DNA of 59,567 nt from NCBI GenBank assembly GCA_039714715.1, contig JBDLIU010000001.1:1-59567 (forward strand), given 5' to 3'. The notes under the pieces were generated by a model. It saw only the letters and a program-made list of their open reading frames with translations, made no database searches and had not been told where the DNA came from. This DNA comes from Bacteroidota bacterium (GTDB lineage: Bacteria; Bacteroidota; Bacteroidia; Cytophagales; Cyclobacteriaceae). Shown piece after piece: positions 1 to 9,518 of this stretch. The position numbers were made by a program, and so were the translations under genes. The first letter of the stretch is position 1. Every line of letters begins with the position of its first letter.

Positions 1-1
1 A

Positions 2-127
2 ACTGATGGTGAGCTATATTATAAAAGCTTTATTGGAAGAGATGAGATGCCTAATTTCGAAAAGAAAATTGATGACGAAGAAGACAGGTGGATGGTGGTA
101 AATTATATGAGGGCACTTGCTGAATAA
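2..127 (+). CDS. C-terminal fragment of a class-I c-type cytochrome (5' end outside window)
   Basis: The open frame from the window edge reads TDGELYYKSFIGRDEMPNFEKKIDDEEDRWMVVNYMRALAE and stops at 125-127. The MPxF ... W..V.Y.R.L tail is typical of monohaem cytochrome c C-termini (Met ligand region). The haem motif itself is not in the window. Confidence 0.4.
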   Translation, partial: TDGELYYKSFIGRDEMPNFEKKIDDEEDRWMVVNYMRALAE

Positions 128-155
128 ACTACCTCTTCTATAGTTAAAAACTATT

Positions 156-190
156 AAAAATGCACTCCTTACTCAAGGAGTGCATTTTTT
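156..190. terminator. bidirectional rho-independent terminator between convergent genes
   Basis: Perfect 10-bp stem tgcactcctt (161-170) / aaggagtgca (175-184) with a 4-nt loop. An A-run lies 5' and a T-run (185-190) lies 3'. It sits between the cytochrome c fragment stop (127) and the CcsBA stop (194). Confidence 0.75.
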
Positions 191-193
191 GTG

Positions 194-3100
194 TCAGGTT
201 GTTTCTACCTCTTTAGTCTTATGAAACTTATACTCATTTACTGCAGCCAGCACACTTATTATAGCTCCTATAACTAGAGCATAATAAACAAAAGTTGGAA
301 TCGGAATAGGATCACCTCCTGCATATGAATGCAATCCCGATAAATAGTAGTTCACTCCAAAGTAGGTCATCAGAACAGCACCAAAGCTTATGAATGACAT
401 GAAGTTAAATGTAAAATCGTTTCGTATAGATGGTATTAATGTAAGGTGAAGCGTTAGAGCATAAAGAACTATGGTAACTAAAGTCCAGGTCTCTTTTGGA
501 TCCCAGCCCCAGTACCTACCCCATGATTCATTAGCCCAAATACCTCCCAGGAAGTTACCTATAACCAAAAGCACCAATCCTGCCATTAGCGACATCTCTA
601 TTATTAATGACAATTCCTTAAGCGAAAGATCAACCTTTACCTGGTTCTTTTTCGTTCTGAAAATCATTACTAACAAATTGAGGAAAGCCACCATACAACC
701 CAACCCTAAAAAACCATAGCTGGCAGTAATTGTAGCAACATGGATGGTTAGCCAATAAGACTTTAATACTGGCACAAGATTGGTTAATTCAGGATTTAAC
801 CAACTCATATGAGCAGTTAACAGGGTCACCCCAGCTAACATAGCAGTTACCCCTAATGTAATAGATGACTTCTTCATAAAGATGAAACCAGCCAGAACTG
901 AGGCCCAGGCTATGTAAATCATAGATTCATATCCATTACTCCAGGGTGCATGGTCAGAAATATACCATCGAATACCCAAACCAATAGTTTGAGCTACAAA
1001 TGCGAGAATCATTAAAATGAGCAATGTCTGATTAATGCGTTTAAACTCAATCGATGGTTTAAATACCTGCAAGAAAAATATTCCAATTAAAAGAGAGCCC
1101 AGTAACAGGTAGACCGGAAACAATGTTTTAAATATATTGGCTTTATTATAGAATATTTCCATTTTGGCTTTTCTTGCTGAAGGTAGAATATTGGCACCTT
1201 TTTCTTTTTGGTAGCTAGTAATTGTTGCCAATGCGATACTTGCTTTCAGATAATTATTGGATTCTCTGCCAGCCTTAAGTAATTGAAGATAATTCTCAAA
1301 CAAATCTCCCTCTTCTGTTCCATGCCCCTTAAGTTGATGATGTTCAGCAGGAGTTGCCCATTTGTTATTAGGGTCGTTCTCTATAGGAAATATTTTAAGC
1401 ATAGAGCCGTTAAAAACCAAATAAAACACGTTTACTCTCTCATCAACGTTAATAAGCGCTTTATCTAACGTTGACCTAAGGGCAGGCTTTTTCATATGAG
1501 CTTGCTCAACCTGTGATCTTATTTTATATTGACCCTGCTCATTTATAAAGTCTGTGAAAGATGCCTGATCACCAACAATTCCTATCAAATTCTGTACACC
1601 TTTCTCCGACACCTTTATTACTGGTTCCTTTTGCCATTTTTCCTGGTCTGTAACTATACCAAGAAATACTTCTTCTGCAAGGAGTCCTTTGTAAGTTGAT
1701 TTCTTGCTTATTTTAACCAGCACTTTATTTGCCATTGTGTTAATTGGCTCAATTCTTCCTTCGAAATTCTGAACAAACAACTTACCAAAACTGCTGGCGT
1801 GTTCTTCTATCTGTATAGGCTCCTGTGCATATGATACCTGGCTACCCATACCAAGGATAAATAGGATCATTGCTATTGTAGTTAGCTGTTTACGCTTTTT
1901 ATGAACGTCATTTAATTGCATCGAAATTCTTCCAACCCTATTTTTCCGAATGAATAATGAAATAATCAAACTTGCAAAAAGTAAAAAATAACCGATATAA
2001 GTAATCAATGTACCCCAGTAATCATGATTAACTGATAGTATTGTTCCCTGTTCATCTCGATCGTATGAAGATTGAAAGAAGCGATAGCCGCCATAATTAA
2101 GTATGTTGTTCATGTATATCCGATACGGGAACTCCTTATTATTAAGGTTATCTATGACTGTAATTTCACTGGCATATGATGATGGACTACTTGATCCCGG
2201 ATATCGCTCTAAATCAAATTTGTTCAGTTTGATTGCAAAAGGTAACTTAATCATTATAGCTCCTACTGTAATCCCTAATTGAGTGTCATTTATGTTTACA
2301 TTTTTCCTTTGCCCGACAGGTATAATGTATTCGCCTTCGTTAACCTTTACCTTAACAGCAGGGATTCCTTGTTTTGAATTATCTGTAATTGCCTGGTACT
2401 CCATCTGCCCATGTTCGATATATTCCTTTATAACAAAAGAAGTACCCCCAACAGTATGAACAGTCATTTTTTGTACAGGATTAAAACCTTCAATTTGGAA
2501 AGGTGTATTTTCATCCTCCATGCTTGAGCTATTTACATTCATAGGCTCAGGAAATCTCATTAATAATTCACCATCTTTTTCGATTATCTGAATATATTTT
2601 GCTTTAGTGGTATCACCAAAACTGATACCAAAATCATGAATTATTTTCGAGTCGCCTTTTTTTAGTACTATTTCATGTCTTCCATCTTTACCACCTGCAA
2701 CAATGCTGATATACGAATCTCCCTCCTCAGTTTCAACCAATTTTTCTGCTGCATTGGGATAATACTTTAAAACTGATATTTCAAAAGCTCTATCTGACCA
2801 ATTATATGTCTGGTTAAAAAGGTTGTCAACTCCACTGGCCAAAAATACTTTTTCACTTAGTGTTTTAGAATGATCTTCCTCACCGAATTGAATTTCCAGA
2901 TAGGTTTCTGTAGACCGGAATACGCTGGAAGTTTGTTCAGCCCGGATGTGCATCTGGCCTTCATATCCAAAATACCGGGTTACACCTGCACCAATTATTA
3001 TTATTATCAATGCAATATGCATGATAAGGATATTCCATTTGCTTCTCAGGTATAGATGCTTGGTGACAATCATTCCAGAGAAATTTATAACCATAAGGAT

Positions 3101-3259
3101 TAGTAATATTTCAAACCACCTAGCATTATAAACCACCATTTTAGCAGCAATTGCTCCATTATCGTTTTCGACAAAAGTGGCATAACCTATTGCGAAAGCA
3201 AATACAGATAATAACAAGGCCATAAACCAGCCTGAGAATAGAAATTTAAATATCTTCAT
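194..3259 (-). CDS. ccsBA: fused system II cytochrome c synthase CcsBA (ResB-like N-terminal part plus CcsA haem-handling part)
   Basis: 1021 aa with multiple TM segments. The C-terminal third carries the Trp-rich WWD motif WGRYWGWDPKETW typical of CcsA/CcmF-type haem lyases. The long N-terminal part has the ResB/CcsB-like arrangement of TM segments flanking a large soluble loop. Confidence 0.85.
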   Translation of the reverse strand: MKIFKFLFSGWFMALLLSVFAFAIGYATFVENDNGAIAAKMVVYNARWFEILLILMVINFSGMIVTKHLYLRSKWNILIMHIALIIIIIGAGVTRYFGYEGQMHIRAEQTSSVFRSTETYLEIQFGEEDHSKTLSEKVFLASGVDNLFNQTYNWSDRAFEISVLKYYPNAAEKLVETEEGDSYISIVAGGKDGRHEIVLKKGDSKIIHDFGISFGDTTKAKYIQIIEKDGELLMRFPEPMNVNSSSMEDENTPFQIEGFNPVQKMTVHTVGGTSFVIKEYIEHGQMEYQAITDNSKQGIPAVKVKVNEGEYIIPVGQRKNVNINDTQLGITVGAIMIKLPFAIKLNKFDLERYPGSSSPSSYASEITVIDNLNNKEFPYRIYMNNILNYGGYRFFQSSYDRDEQGTILSVNHDYWGTLITYIGYFLLFASLIISLFIRKNRVGRISMQLNDVHKKRKQLTTIAMILFILGMGSQVSYAQEPIQIEEHASSFGKLFVQNFEGRIEPINTMANKVLVKISKKSTYKGLLAEEVFLGIVTDQEKWQKEPVIKVSEKGVQNLIGIVGDQASFTDFINEQGQYKIRSQVEQAHMKKPALRSTLDKALINVDERVNVFYLVFNGSMLKIFPIENDPNNKWATPAEHHQLKGHGTEEGDLFENYLQLLKAGRESNNYLKASIALATITSYQKEKGANILPSARKAKMEIFYNKANIFKTLFPVYLLLGSLLIGIFFLQVFKPSIEFKRINQTLLILMILAFVAQTIGLGIRWYISDHAPWSNGYESMIYIAWASVLAGFIFMKKSSITLGVTAMLAGVTLLTAHMSWLNPELTNLVPVLKSYWLTIHVATITASYGFLGLGCMVAFLNLLVMIFRTKKNQVKVDLSLKELSLIIEMSLMAGLVLLVIGNFLGGIWANESWGRYWGWDPKETWTLVTIVLYALTLHLTLIPSIRNDFTFNFMSFISFGAVLMTYFGVNYYLSGLHSYAGGDPIPIPTFVYYALVIGAIISVLAAVNEYKFHKTKEVETT

Positions 3260-3386
3260 AATTGTTCAAATTTTAGGTTGTTTCGTTGCGTTATATTAAG
3301 ATTTATTTATTATCAAATATCATTTTTTAAAACGTAATGGAATATGATCTATATTGGTTTATTTATAATAGAATATACTTTACATG

Positions 3387-5090
3387 TTAATAACTTCTAG
3401 TATTGGGTATAGTGTGATGAATGCCATCCCTTGCGTTATGGCACTCAATATTACATGTTCCCGTACCTGGTGAAATTAATTCGTAATATGAACCAGGGCT
3501 ATAAACAGCAGTACTCAAATTTATTAAGTATGAATTGTTCAATGTATTACCTCCCGGATATCCATGTGGATCATGACATGCATTGCATGACAAATACTTA
3601 AGAAAATGTCCTTGTTTCATATCATGAATGTTTAAGATAACATCCATATCATGACATTGAGCACATAATGCAAATTCTGTGGCTAATTCTGCTGCTGTGG
3701 GTGCCTTACTGAGATATTTATTGTTATCCATATTGTAATTAGCTTTTAATATCCGTGGATAAATAGATCCATGAGGTCCTGCAGGTACAGATAGATCACC
3801 ATCACTGGCATGGCAATCTGTACAGTATACCTGACTTGAAGCAGTGTAACCATTTATTAAGCCTCTTGGGCTTGGATTATTACCTGGCCCTACTACAGCG
3901 TGATGCGAAACATTTGTGGTTGCAAAATCTAGTCGCAGATTGTTACTGCCAAGTTCTCTTGCTGTATAACTAGATGTTACGGAATTATCTGAATGGCATC
4001 TAAAACAAAGTTCATATTCATTAACAATAGGACTAACAGGATTACCACTTAGGTCAATACCTTGAACGCCAGCTAATGCTCCACTTGCTAATGGAGCAGT
4101 TGCTGTGGAATTATTTGTTGCATGAGGATTATGGCAATCTGTACATTCAACATGAGGAGTTGCAATCATGGCGCCTTCCGTAGGATCATGCAGGTTATTG
4201 TACCCAAATACATTGTGAGAATACGTTTTGAGGGATTGAGTTTCTATATCGGTGGTTGCTACATTTCCATTATGACAATCAAGACAATTGTATTCATCGG
4301 TACTGGCTTTTAATAGCCTGGATTTACCTGTGGCAGTATGTGATGGATGGCAATTGGCACAAGCATTTTGACTAACATTGTTAAATGCATTTTCAATATG
4401 TGCCCATGGGTCAGTACCAGATCCATTCCAGGTAGAGAGCGAAGTGCTATGAGTAGAAGAAGACCAATAGTCTCGGTCATGACATTTAAAACATAATGCT
4501 GAATATTCTTTACTGGCCACCAGGAATTTAGTATTAATATTATCATGTGGATCATGACATGATATACACTGTACTTTTCCATTCTCTAAAGTCACAGGAA
4601 CTCCAATGTTTGCTGGCGTTTTTAATTGCCCGTCAGAAGTAGCCAGAGCTGGTGTATAAGTGAATGATACAGGATGGTCGTCACTTAGATCCGTAGTAAG
4701 ATTGCCTCTGTTAGAAGGGGGCATAACAGTGACACCTCCACTAAATGTAATATCAGTTGTTCTGCTTACTATTTCTCCAAGTGCGATGGTTCCATCGTGG
4801 CAGGAGAGGCAAAGTACAGCGGAGCCATCAGGTTGCCCGGGTGTTGCTTCGAGGGTTGAACTACTGTATAGAGTATAAGCAGAACCAGGGTCGTTCCTGT
4901 TCCATAGGGGAGAGGCAGGCCTGCTGGCATGAGGAGTATGGCAAAATATGCAAACTTCTGACTCGGATTGAGCTTTAATAGTACCGGGCCCCGCTACAGA
5001 TAGATCATGCAAAGTACCTACAACAGATTGCCCAATCACGTTGGATGTTAAAAGTAAACTCATTAATAGAACAGCAATATTTCCCCTCAT
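3387..5090 (-). CDS. secreted multihaem c-type cytochrome, 11 CXXCH plus 1 C-terminal CX3CH
   Basis: N-terminal signal peptide. CXXCH motifs counted by eye: CIFCH, CLSCH, CISCH, CFKCH, CANCH, CLDCH, CTDCH, CFRCH, CTDCH, CAQCH, CNACH. CNIECH lies 17 aa from the C-terminus. Confidence 0.9.
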   Translation of the reverse strand: MRGNIAVLLMSLLLTSNVIGQSVVGTLHDLSVAGPGTIKAQSESEVCIFCHTPHASRPASPLWNRNDPGSAYTLYSSSTLEATPGQPDGSAVLCLSCHDGTIALGEIVSRTTDITFSGGVTVMPPSNRGNLTTDLSDDHPVSFTYTPALATSDGQLKTPANIGVPVTLENGKVQCISCHDPHDNINTKFLVASKEYSALCFKCHDRDYWSSSTHSTSLSTWNGSGTDPWAHIENAFNNVSQNACANCHPSHTATGKSRLLKASTDEYNCLDCHNGNVATTDIETQSLKTYSHNVFGYNNLHDPTEGAMIATPHVECTDCHNPHATNNSTATAPLASGALAGVQGIDLSGNPVSPIVNEYELCFRCHSDNSVTSSYTARELGSNNLRLDFATTNVSHHAVVGPGNNPSPRGLINGYTASSQVYCTDCHASDGDLSVPAGPHGSIYPRILKANYNMDNNKYLSKAPTAAELATEFALCAQCHDMDVILNIHDMKQGHFLKYLSCNACHDPHGYPGGNTLNNSYLINLSTAVYSPGSYYELISPGTGTCNIECHNARDGIHHTIPNTRSY

Positions 5091-5093
5091 TTC

Positions 5094-6104
5094 TTACTCA
5101 TGATTAATTAATTGAAAAACCTGTACCCGGGCATTATAGCTATCGGCTACATAAATAAAATCATTCTTATCTATATAAATTCCAGTTGGCATCCAGAAGT
5201 CTCCAGGTTCACGGCCCTGTTTTCCAAAATTATATAGTAGTTGTCCTGCCTTATTAAATATCTGAATTGTATGAAAAAGGGCGTCTGCCACGTAAATATT
5301 ACCATGAGAATCTGTAGCAATGCCCTTCGGCCTGGCAAAGTAGCCGGTTGCATCTCCGGCCTCGCCAAACATGTACACCCACTTTCCATCCTTGTCAAAT
5401 ATTTGTATTCTGAAATTCATGGAATCCACAATATATACCATCTCATTTTCATCAATCCATATATGGGTGGGGTAGTTGAATTCTCCTGCAGAAACTCCTC
5501 TTAACCCAATTGTTCTTACTTTTTCGCCTTGCAAATTCAAAATACTTATTTGGTGATTCTTTGTTTCAAGTACCCAAATTTCTTTTTTACTTTCCAGGTA
5601 AGCTATACCTGTTGGTTGGTTCAATTTAAGGGAGTCGTTTAGTATTGATGCTGACTTACCATCTGAAAAAATGAAATATATTGTGTTGTTTCTTGAATCA
5701 GTTACCAGAAACCCTTTGCCTGGAAGCTCACATAATCCAACTAACGAGCTGGGTGGCAATTCAAGCTTTGACCTTGGTTTCAAATTTTTCCCTTTTTGTT
5801 CCTTAATATAAGCAAGAGAGACTCTTTTTTGATCTAGTACATAATAATCTTCCGGGTTGATAGCAATAATTGCCATAGGTTTTGCGAGTACAACAGGTTT
5901 GGGCCCAATTATAAACTCACCTAAACGACTAAAAAGTCCTTTTTTATTTTTTCTCTTTTCCATGGAAGGAAATTGACTTACCCATCTGATATGTTTTAAT
6001 GAATTTTTCTTAGTGCTATCTGCGATATTGTCTTGAGCTATGGAAACAGTACTCCCAAGTATTAAAACAACTATAAGCAAATACTTTAATAATACAGATT
6101 TCAT
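5094..6104 (-). CDS. secreted NHL-repeat beta-propeller protein
   Basis: Signal peptide. Repeated NHL-type blades: IYIVDSMNFRIQIFDKDG, IYVADALFHTIQIFNKAG, IYVADSYNARVQVF. There is a 3-bp gap to the downstream cytochrome gene. Confidence 0.8.
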   Translation of the reverse strand: MKSVLLKYLLIVVLILGSTVSIAQDNIADSTKKNSLKHIRWVSQFPSMEKRKNKKGLFSRLGEFIIGPKPVVLAKPMAIIAINPEDYYVLDQKRVSLAYIKEQKGKNLKPRSKLELPPSSLVGLCELPGKGFLVTDSRNNTIYFIFSDGKSASILNDSLKLNQPTGIAYLESKKEIWVLETKNHQISILNLQGEKVRTIGLRGVSAGEFNYPTHIWIDENEMVYIVDSMNFRIQIFDKDGKWVYMFGEAGDATGYFARPKGIATDSHGNIYVADALFHTIQIFNKAGQLLYNFGKQGREPGDFWMPTGIYIDKNDFIYVADSYNARVQVFQLINHE

Positions 6105-6134
6105 AATATGTTTTGAATTGCTCTCAATATTTAT

Positions 6135-7547
6135 CTAATCTTGCAAATCTCCTCTTTCATATTCAAGCTTTTCATGGCATCCTGTTTGACAAGAACCACC
6201 TTTATCTGTAAATTCAAACTTAATGGGCATCTTCCAATTACCATACATTGCATATTTTTTAATCATATGTTTGTTTTCACCACCATGCATATCATGGCAT
6301 AAGTTGCAATTTCTGCCTCGATTTCCTCTGATATGTATATAATGCAGGTTTTTATTGCCATCTCTGAAATTTGTGGCGGATACTGTGGTTGGAGATTCAA
6401 AAAGTTCATCTTCATGACAATGAAAACATAAACTAAAGTTATCTACAGTAGCAACAGAATATTGCTCCAAAGGGTACTTCATAGTGAGCAATTTAAGCTC
6501 ATTAGAGGCATGTGGCTTGTGACATACACTGCATTGTGATAAAGCAACTGGTCCGTGTAGCACATTACCTTCTTTTAAACTTGGACTTATAGCCAGGATA
6601 CTACCATTTATACCATCTATATCTTTATCATGGCACGATAAACACACCTCCTTCTCTGTACCAACTAATATATTTACATTCTTAGAGCCATGAGGTTTAT
6701 GACAGTTAAGGCATCCTTTACCTTTGTTTATGGCACCATGCACAGTTTTAGATTCATTAATCTCAGTGTGCGTATCTTCGTGGCAGTCTAAGCATAATTT
6801 TTCAGTTTTTATGTCTGAGAGATGGGCCTCTTTTGAGCTATGTCCATTGTGGCAACTGAAGCAATCCTTCTTTTCAAATGGGCTGTGGAGATAGTCCAAC
6901 TTAAATTCCTTACGCAATGGCCGGTGGCACTTCCTGCACAACCTGTCAAGTTTGCTGGTATTCATAAACTCAGCATTATCTGCATCATGTGGGTTATGAC
7001 ACCCTGTGCAATTGCCATTTGTTATTGCACCATGCACCATATTACCCTCCGGTATTTTCAAATCATGACATTCGTAACATAGATCTGATACAGGATCTTT
7101 TTTAACCAGGTACATATTTTTAGAATTATGAATATCATGACATAATAGACAATTTCCTTCCCCGGTGGGCCCATGAACAAACTCTTTCTCAGTTTTTGGA
7201 TCATGACATTCATAACATAGCTTAGGAACCTTTTTCTTTAGTTTAAAAGTAGCCTGGGCTTCGATAGGGTGCTCAACTCCTTTAGAGACATGACACCTCA
7301 TGCAATCCTTTTTGTCAGGGGCATGGACAACCTCACTTTTGAGAATATCATCATGACAATCATTACAGTTCATTAGTGAATCTGCAAGTATGTCTATGTT
7401 AAAACTACCTGATTCCATTATAGCAACAGGGTTACTTATTGATGTTGAAGGAACACCTGTAACACTAACCGTTGATTCTTTAATGGGTTCGTTGCTGGTT
7501 GTAAAAAGTGACCAAAGCCAAATTAAGAGTATAAGTTTATCCATCAT
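6135..7547 (-). CDS. secreted multihaem c-type cytochrome, 14 CXXCH plus 1 C-terminal CX3CH
   Basis: Hydrophobic N-terminus. CXXCH motifs: CNDCH, CMRCH, CYECH, CLLCH, CYECH, CTGCH, CRKCH, CFSCH, CLDCH, CLNCH, CLSCH, CSVCH, CFHCH, CNLCH, plus CQTGCH near the C-terminus. They are organised as seven di-haem modules. Confidence 0.9.
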   Translation of the reverse strand: MMDKLILLIWLWSLFTTSNEPIKESTVSVTGVPSTSISNPVAIMESGSFNIDILADSLMNCNDCHDDILKSEVVHAPDKKDCMRCHVSKGVEHPIEAQATFKLKKKVPKLCYECHDPKTEKEFVHGPTGEGNCLLCHDIHNSKNMYLVKKDPVSDLCYECHDLKIPEGNMVHGAITNGNCTGCHNPHDADNAEFMNTSKLDRLCRKCHRPLRKEFKLDYLHSPFEKKDCFSCHNGHSSKEAHLSDIKTEKLCLDCHEDTHTEINESKTVHGAINKGKGCLNCHKPHGSKNVNILVGTEKEVCLSCHDKDIDGINGSILAISPSLKEGNVLHGPVALSQCSVCHKPHASNELKLLTMKYPLEQYSVATVDNFSLCFHCHEDELFESPTTVSATNFRDGNKNLHYIHIRGNRGRNCNLCHDMHGGENKHMIKKYAMYGNWKMPIKFEFTDKGGSCQTGCHEKLEYERGDLQD

Positions 7548-7556
7548 TCAGTCAGT

Positions 7557-9509
7557 TTAAAATTTTCTATCTATCTGAAAGTATATTCCTTTAAAGTTTA
7601 GTTCTTCTCCAATGTAATTTCTTCTATAAACCTCAAAACCTAATCGTGCATATAAATTGCGAAAAGATGTATTTGCTTCCAATTTTGCCGTGATCATATC
7701 AAGGTCGATTTGCTCACCAACCTGTTTGCGATAACCTATATCAAAATCCAGCTTGGTTTTGGGTTTAATCATATATACCATTTTACCAAAAATGCTGGCA
7801 TATAGTTGAGGTATCCTTTCCAAAGTTATCTTTTGGTCTGTTACACTCCCATTTAATGAAAGCAGCAATTTTTTACCTGCCTTGCCCGACATTCTTAATG
7901 AATATAAGAATCTGTCATAGGGTACTATTGAACTCCTGTAGTCATCACGCTCTACACCAGCAGTTATTGCCCAGATATTTACTCTTACACCATAGGAATA
8001 ACGATCAAAATAATTCAGACTGATAAGTTCTGATCCTTCAAGATCTGAGTAATCCTGGTTAGACAATGAGTAAAATAATTCGAGGTGATTATCAAGGATG
8101 TTGAAACGCACTGTAAAAGCATTAAAACTTGAAACAAACTGATAACTACCTATTTGATCTGTAGTGTAATCAACAAGGACTGCACTACCGTTGGCAATTT
8201 GACCCCCAGGTATGCGAACCAGCTCAACAAAACCATTTCTCTCAATAAGTATGTAATCAAACCCTTCATCATAGATGATTACTCCCAATGCATCCTTAAC
8301 GACTACAGTTTCAATTCTTACATAAGGTTGATTAAGCAATATAATTTCCCCATCACTTAATACCTGTTGTTCATCTATTATCTGTATAGTTTTATTCGAG
8401 TCCCCGATTACAGCCTGGTTATGACGTCTATAGCTGTAAATCAATCCAAATGTGCCTGTAGGAATCTTTTTTGCGTAATTAATGCTTCCTCCAAAGCGCA
8501 AATTAGTTTCATCGAAGCTGGTGTGATCATTGGTGCTGTAATCATAAAAAGCATCAGTTTTTAAACTATTAAATAGCTGGTGCTGTAAATTAATATTAAT
8601 CCTATTTAAACGGTTTCCCTGTATTCTTTGCTGAATATCAAATAACTGGTATGATCCTCCAAGTCTGAATTGAAAAGGTAATTTCAAATCTATAGATTCA
8701 CGCAATTGAAACCTGACCTGGTCAACTGTACCGGTTTGATCAAGGTTGTTAATATATGACCGGAACATATATCGTTTATTCCTGTCTAAGTAGTATCGAT
8801 TAATTATGTTGATCGATTTGAATATGTTATGGGTTTCTGTCAGGTTAGCTTCTCTTCTAAAAAAGTCATTATGCCTTACAAGTATTTCATTTTGATCATT
8901 GTATTTAGTAAATGATTTACTTGCTCTTGCTTCAAAATTCTTTTGATCATTGAAATAATTCCTGTTAGTCTCCAGTTCCTCCTGATCCCATTTTCTATTA
9001 TTATAACTGATTGTTACAGGCAGGATTTTATTGCGAAAATTATATTTTAAACCCCAATTCTTACTGTCAGTTTTTGTGCTTGATACATATTCTCTATTAA
9101 TCAGATTCCTTGCCAAATTAATATAGGCTATCAGGTTCATGGGCTTGGAGTTAAAGAATATTCCCTGAATATCCAGCTTTGATATATTGAGTACCTCAGA
9201 GCGGTCGGGGCTGACAGTATATCGTTGATTGGCGGTGCCTGGATTATATTCTCCACCAATATTTAACAATAATAAATTAGGATGGAGAACATAACTGTTT
9301 GTGTTTAAGGCAATACCACCATATAAAAATGGATAATATGAATATTCCTCAAAGTTTTTAAGCACTCTTTCCTGTTCTCTATAAAATCCTCTAATACCCA
9401 CATAACCACTATAATTTGTTAATTTCCAGGCTCGAAACTCGTTAGTCTGTTGTGCAAATACCTGGTGGCAAATGATTGTAATGAGTAATATGGTGACAAT
9501 GTTCTTCAA
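7557..9509 (-). CDS. large outer-membrane beta-barrel protein (porin-like partner of the cytochromes)
   Basis: Signal peptide MKNIVTILLITIICHQVFAQQ. 650 aa rich in N/Y/R/F with alternating hydrophobic patterns, and a C-terminal ...YFQIDRKF ending in Phe, as in OM barrels. There are 9-bp gaps to multihaem genes on both sides. No family assignment was possible by eye. Confidence 0.65.
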   Translation of the reverse strand: MKNIVTILLITIICHQVFAQQTNEFRAWKLTNYSGYVGIRGFYREQERVLKNFEEYSYYPFLYGGIALNTNSYVLHPNLLLLNIGGEYNPGTANQRYTVSPDRSEVLNISKLDIQGIFFNSKPMNLIAYINLARNLINREYVSSTKTDSKNWGLKYNFRNKILPVTISYNNRKWDQEELETNRNYFNDQKNFEARASKSFTKYNDQNEILVRHNDFFRREANLTETHNIFKSINIINRYYLDRNKRYMFRSYINNLDQTGTVDQVRFQLRESIDLKLPFQFRLGGSYQLFDIQQRIQGNRLNRININLQHQLFNSLKTDAFYDYSTNDHTSFDETNLRFGGSINYAKKIPTGTFGLIYSYRRHNQAVIGDSNKTIQIIDEQQVLSDGEIILLNQPYVRIETVVVKDALGVIIYDEGFDYILIERNGFVELVRIPGGQIANGSAVLVDYTTDQIGSYQFVSSFNAFTVRFNILDNHLELFYSLSNQDYSDLEGSELISLNYFDRYSYGVRVNIWAITAGVERDDYRSSIVPYDRFLYSLRMSGKAGKKLLLSLNGSVTDQKITLERIPQLYASIFGKMVYMIKPKTKLDFDIGYRKQVGEQIDLDMITAKLEANTSFRNLYARLGFEVYRRNYIGEELNFKGIYFQIDRKF

Positions 9510-9518
9510 ATAACTACT

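Noticed and set aside
3387-7547. T9SS C-terminal sorting domains on the two large cytochromes
   Set aside because: Both C-termini are occupied by haem-type motifs (CNIECH, CQTGCH) within 13-17 residues of the end. There is no ~80-aa beta-sandwich tail. The export route therefore remains unknown rather than T9SS.
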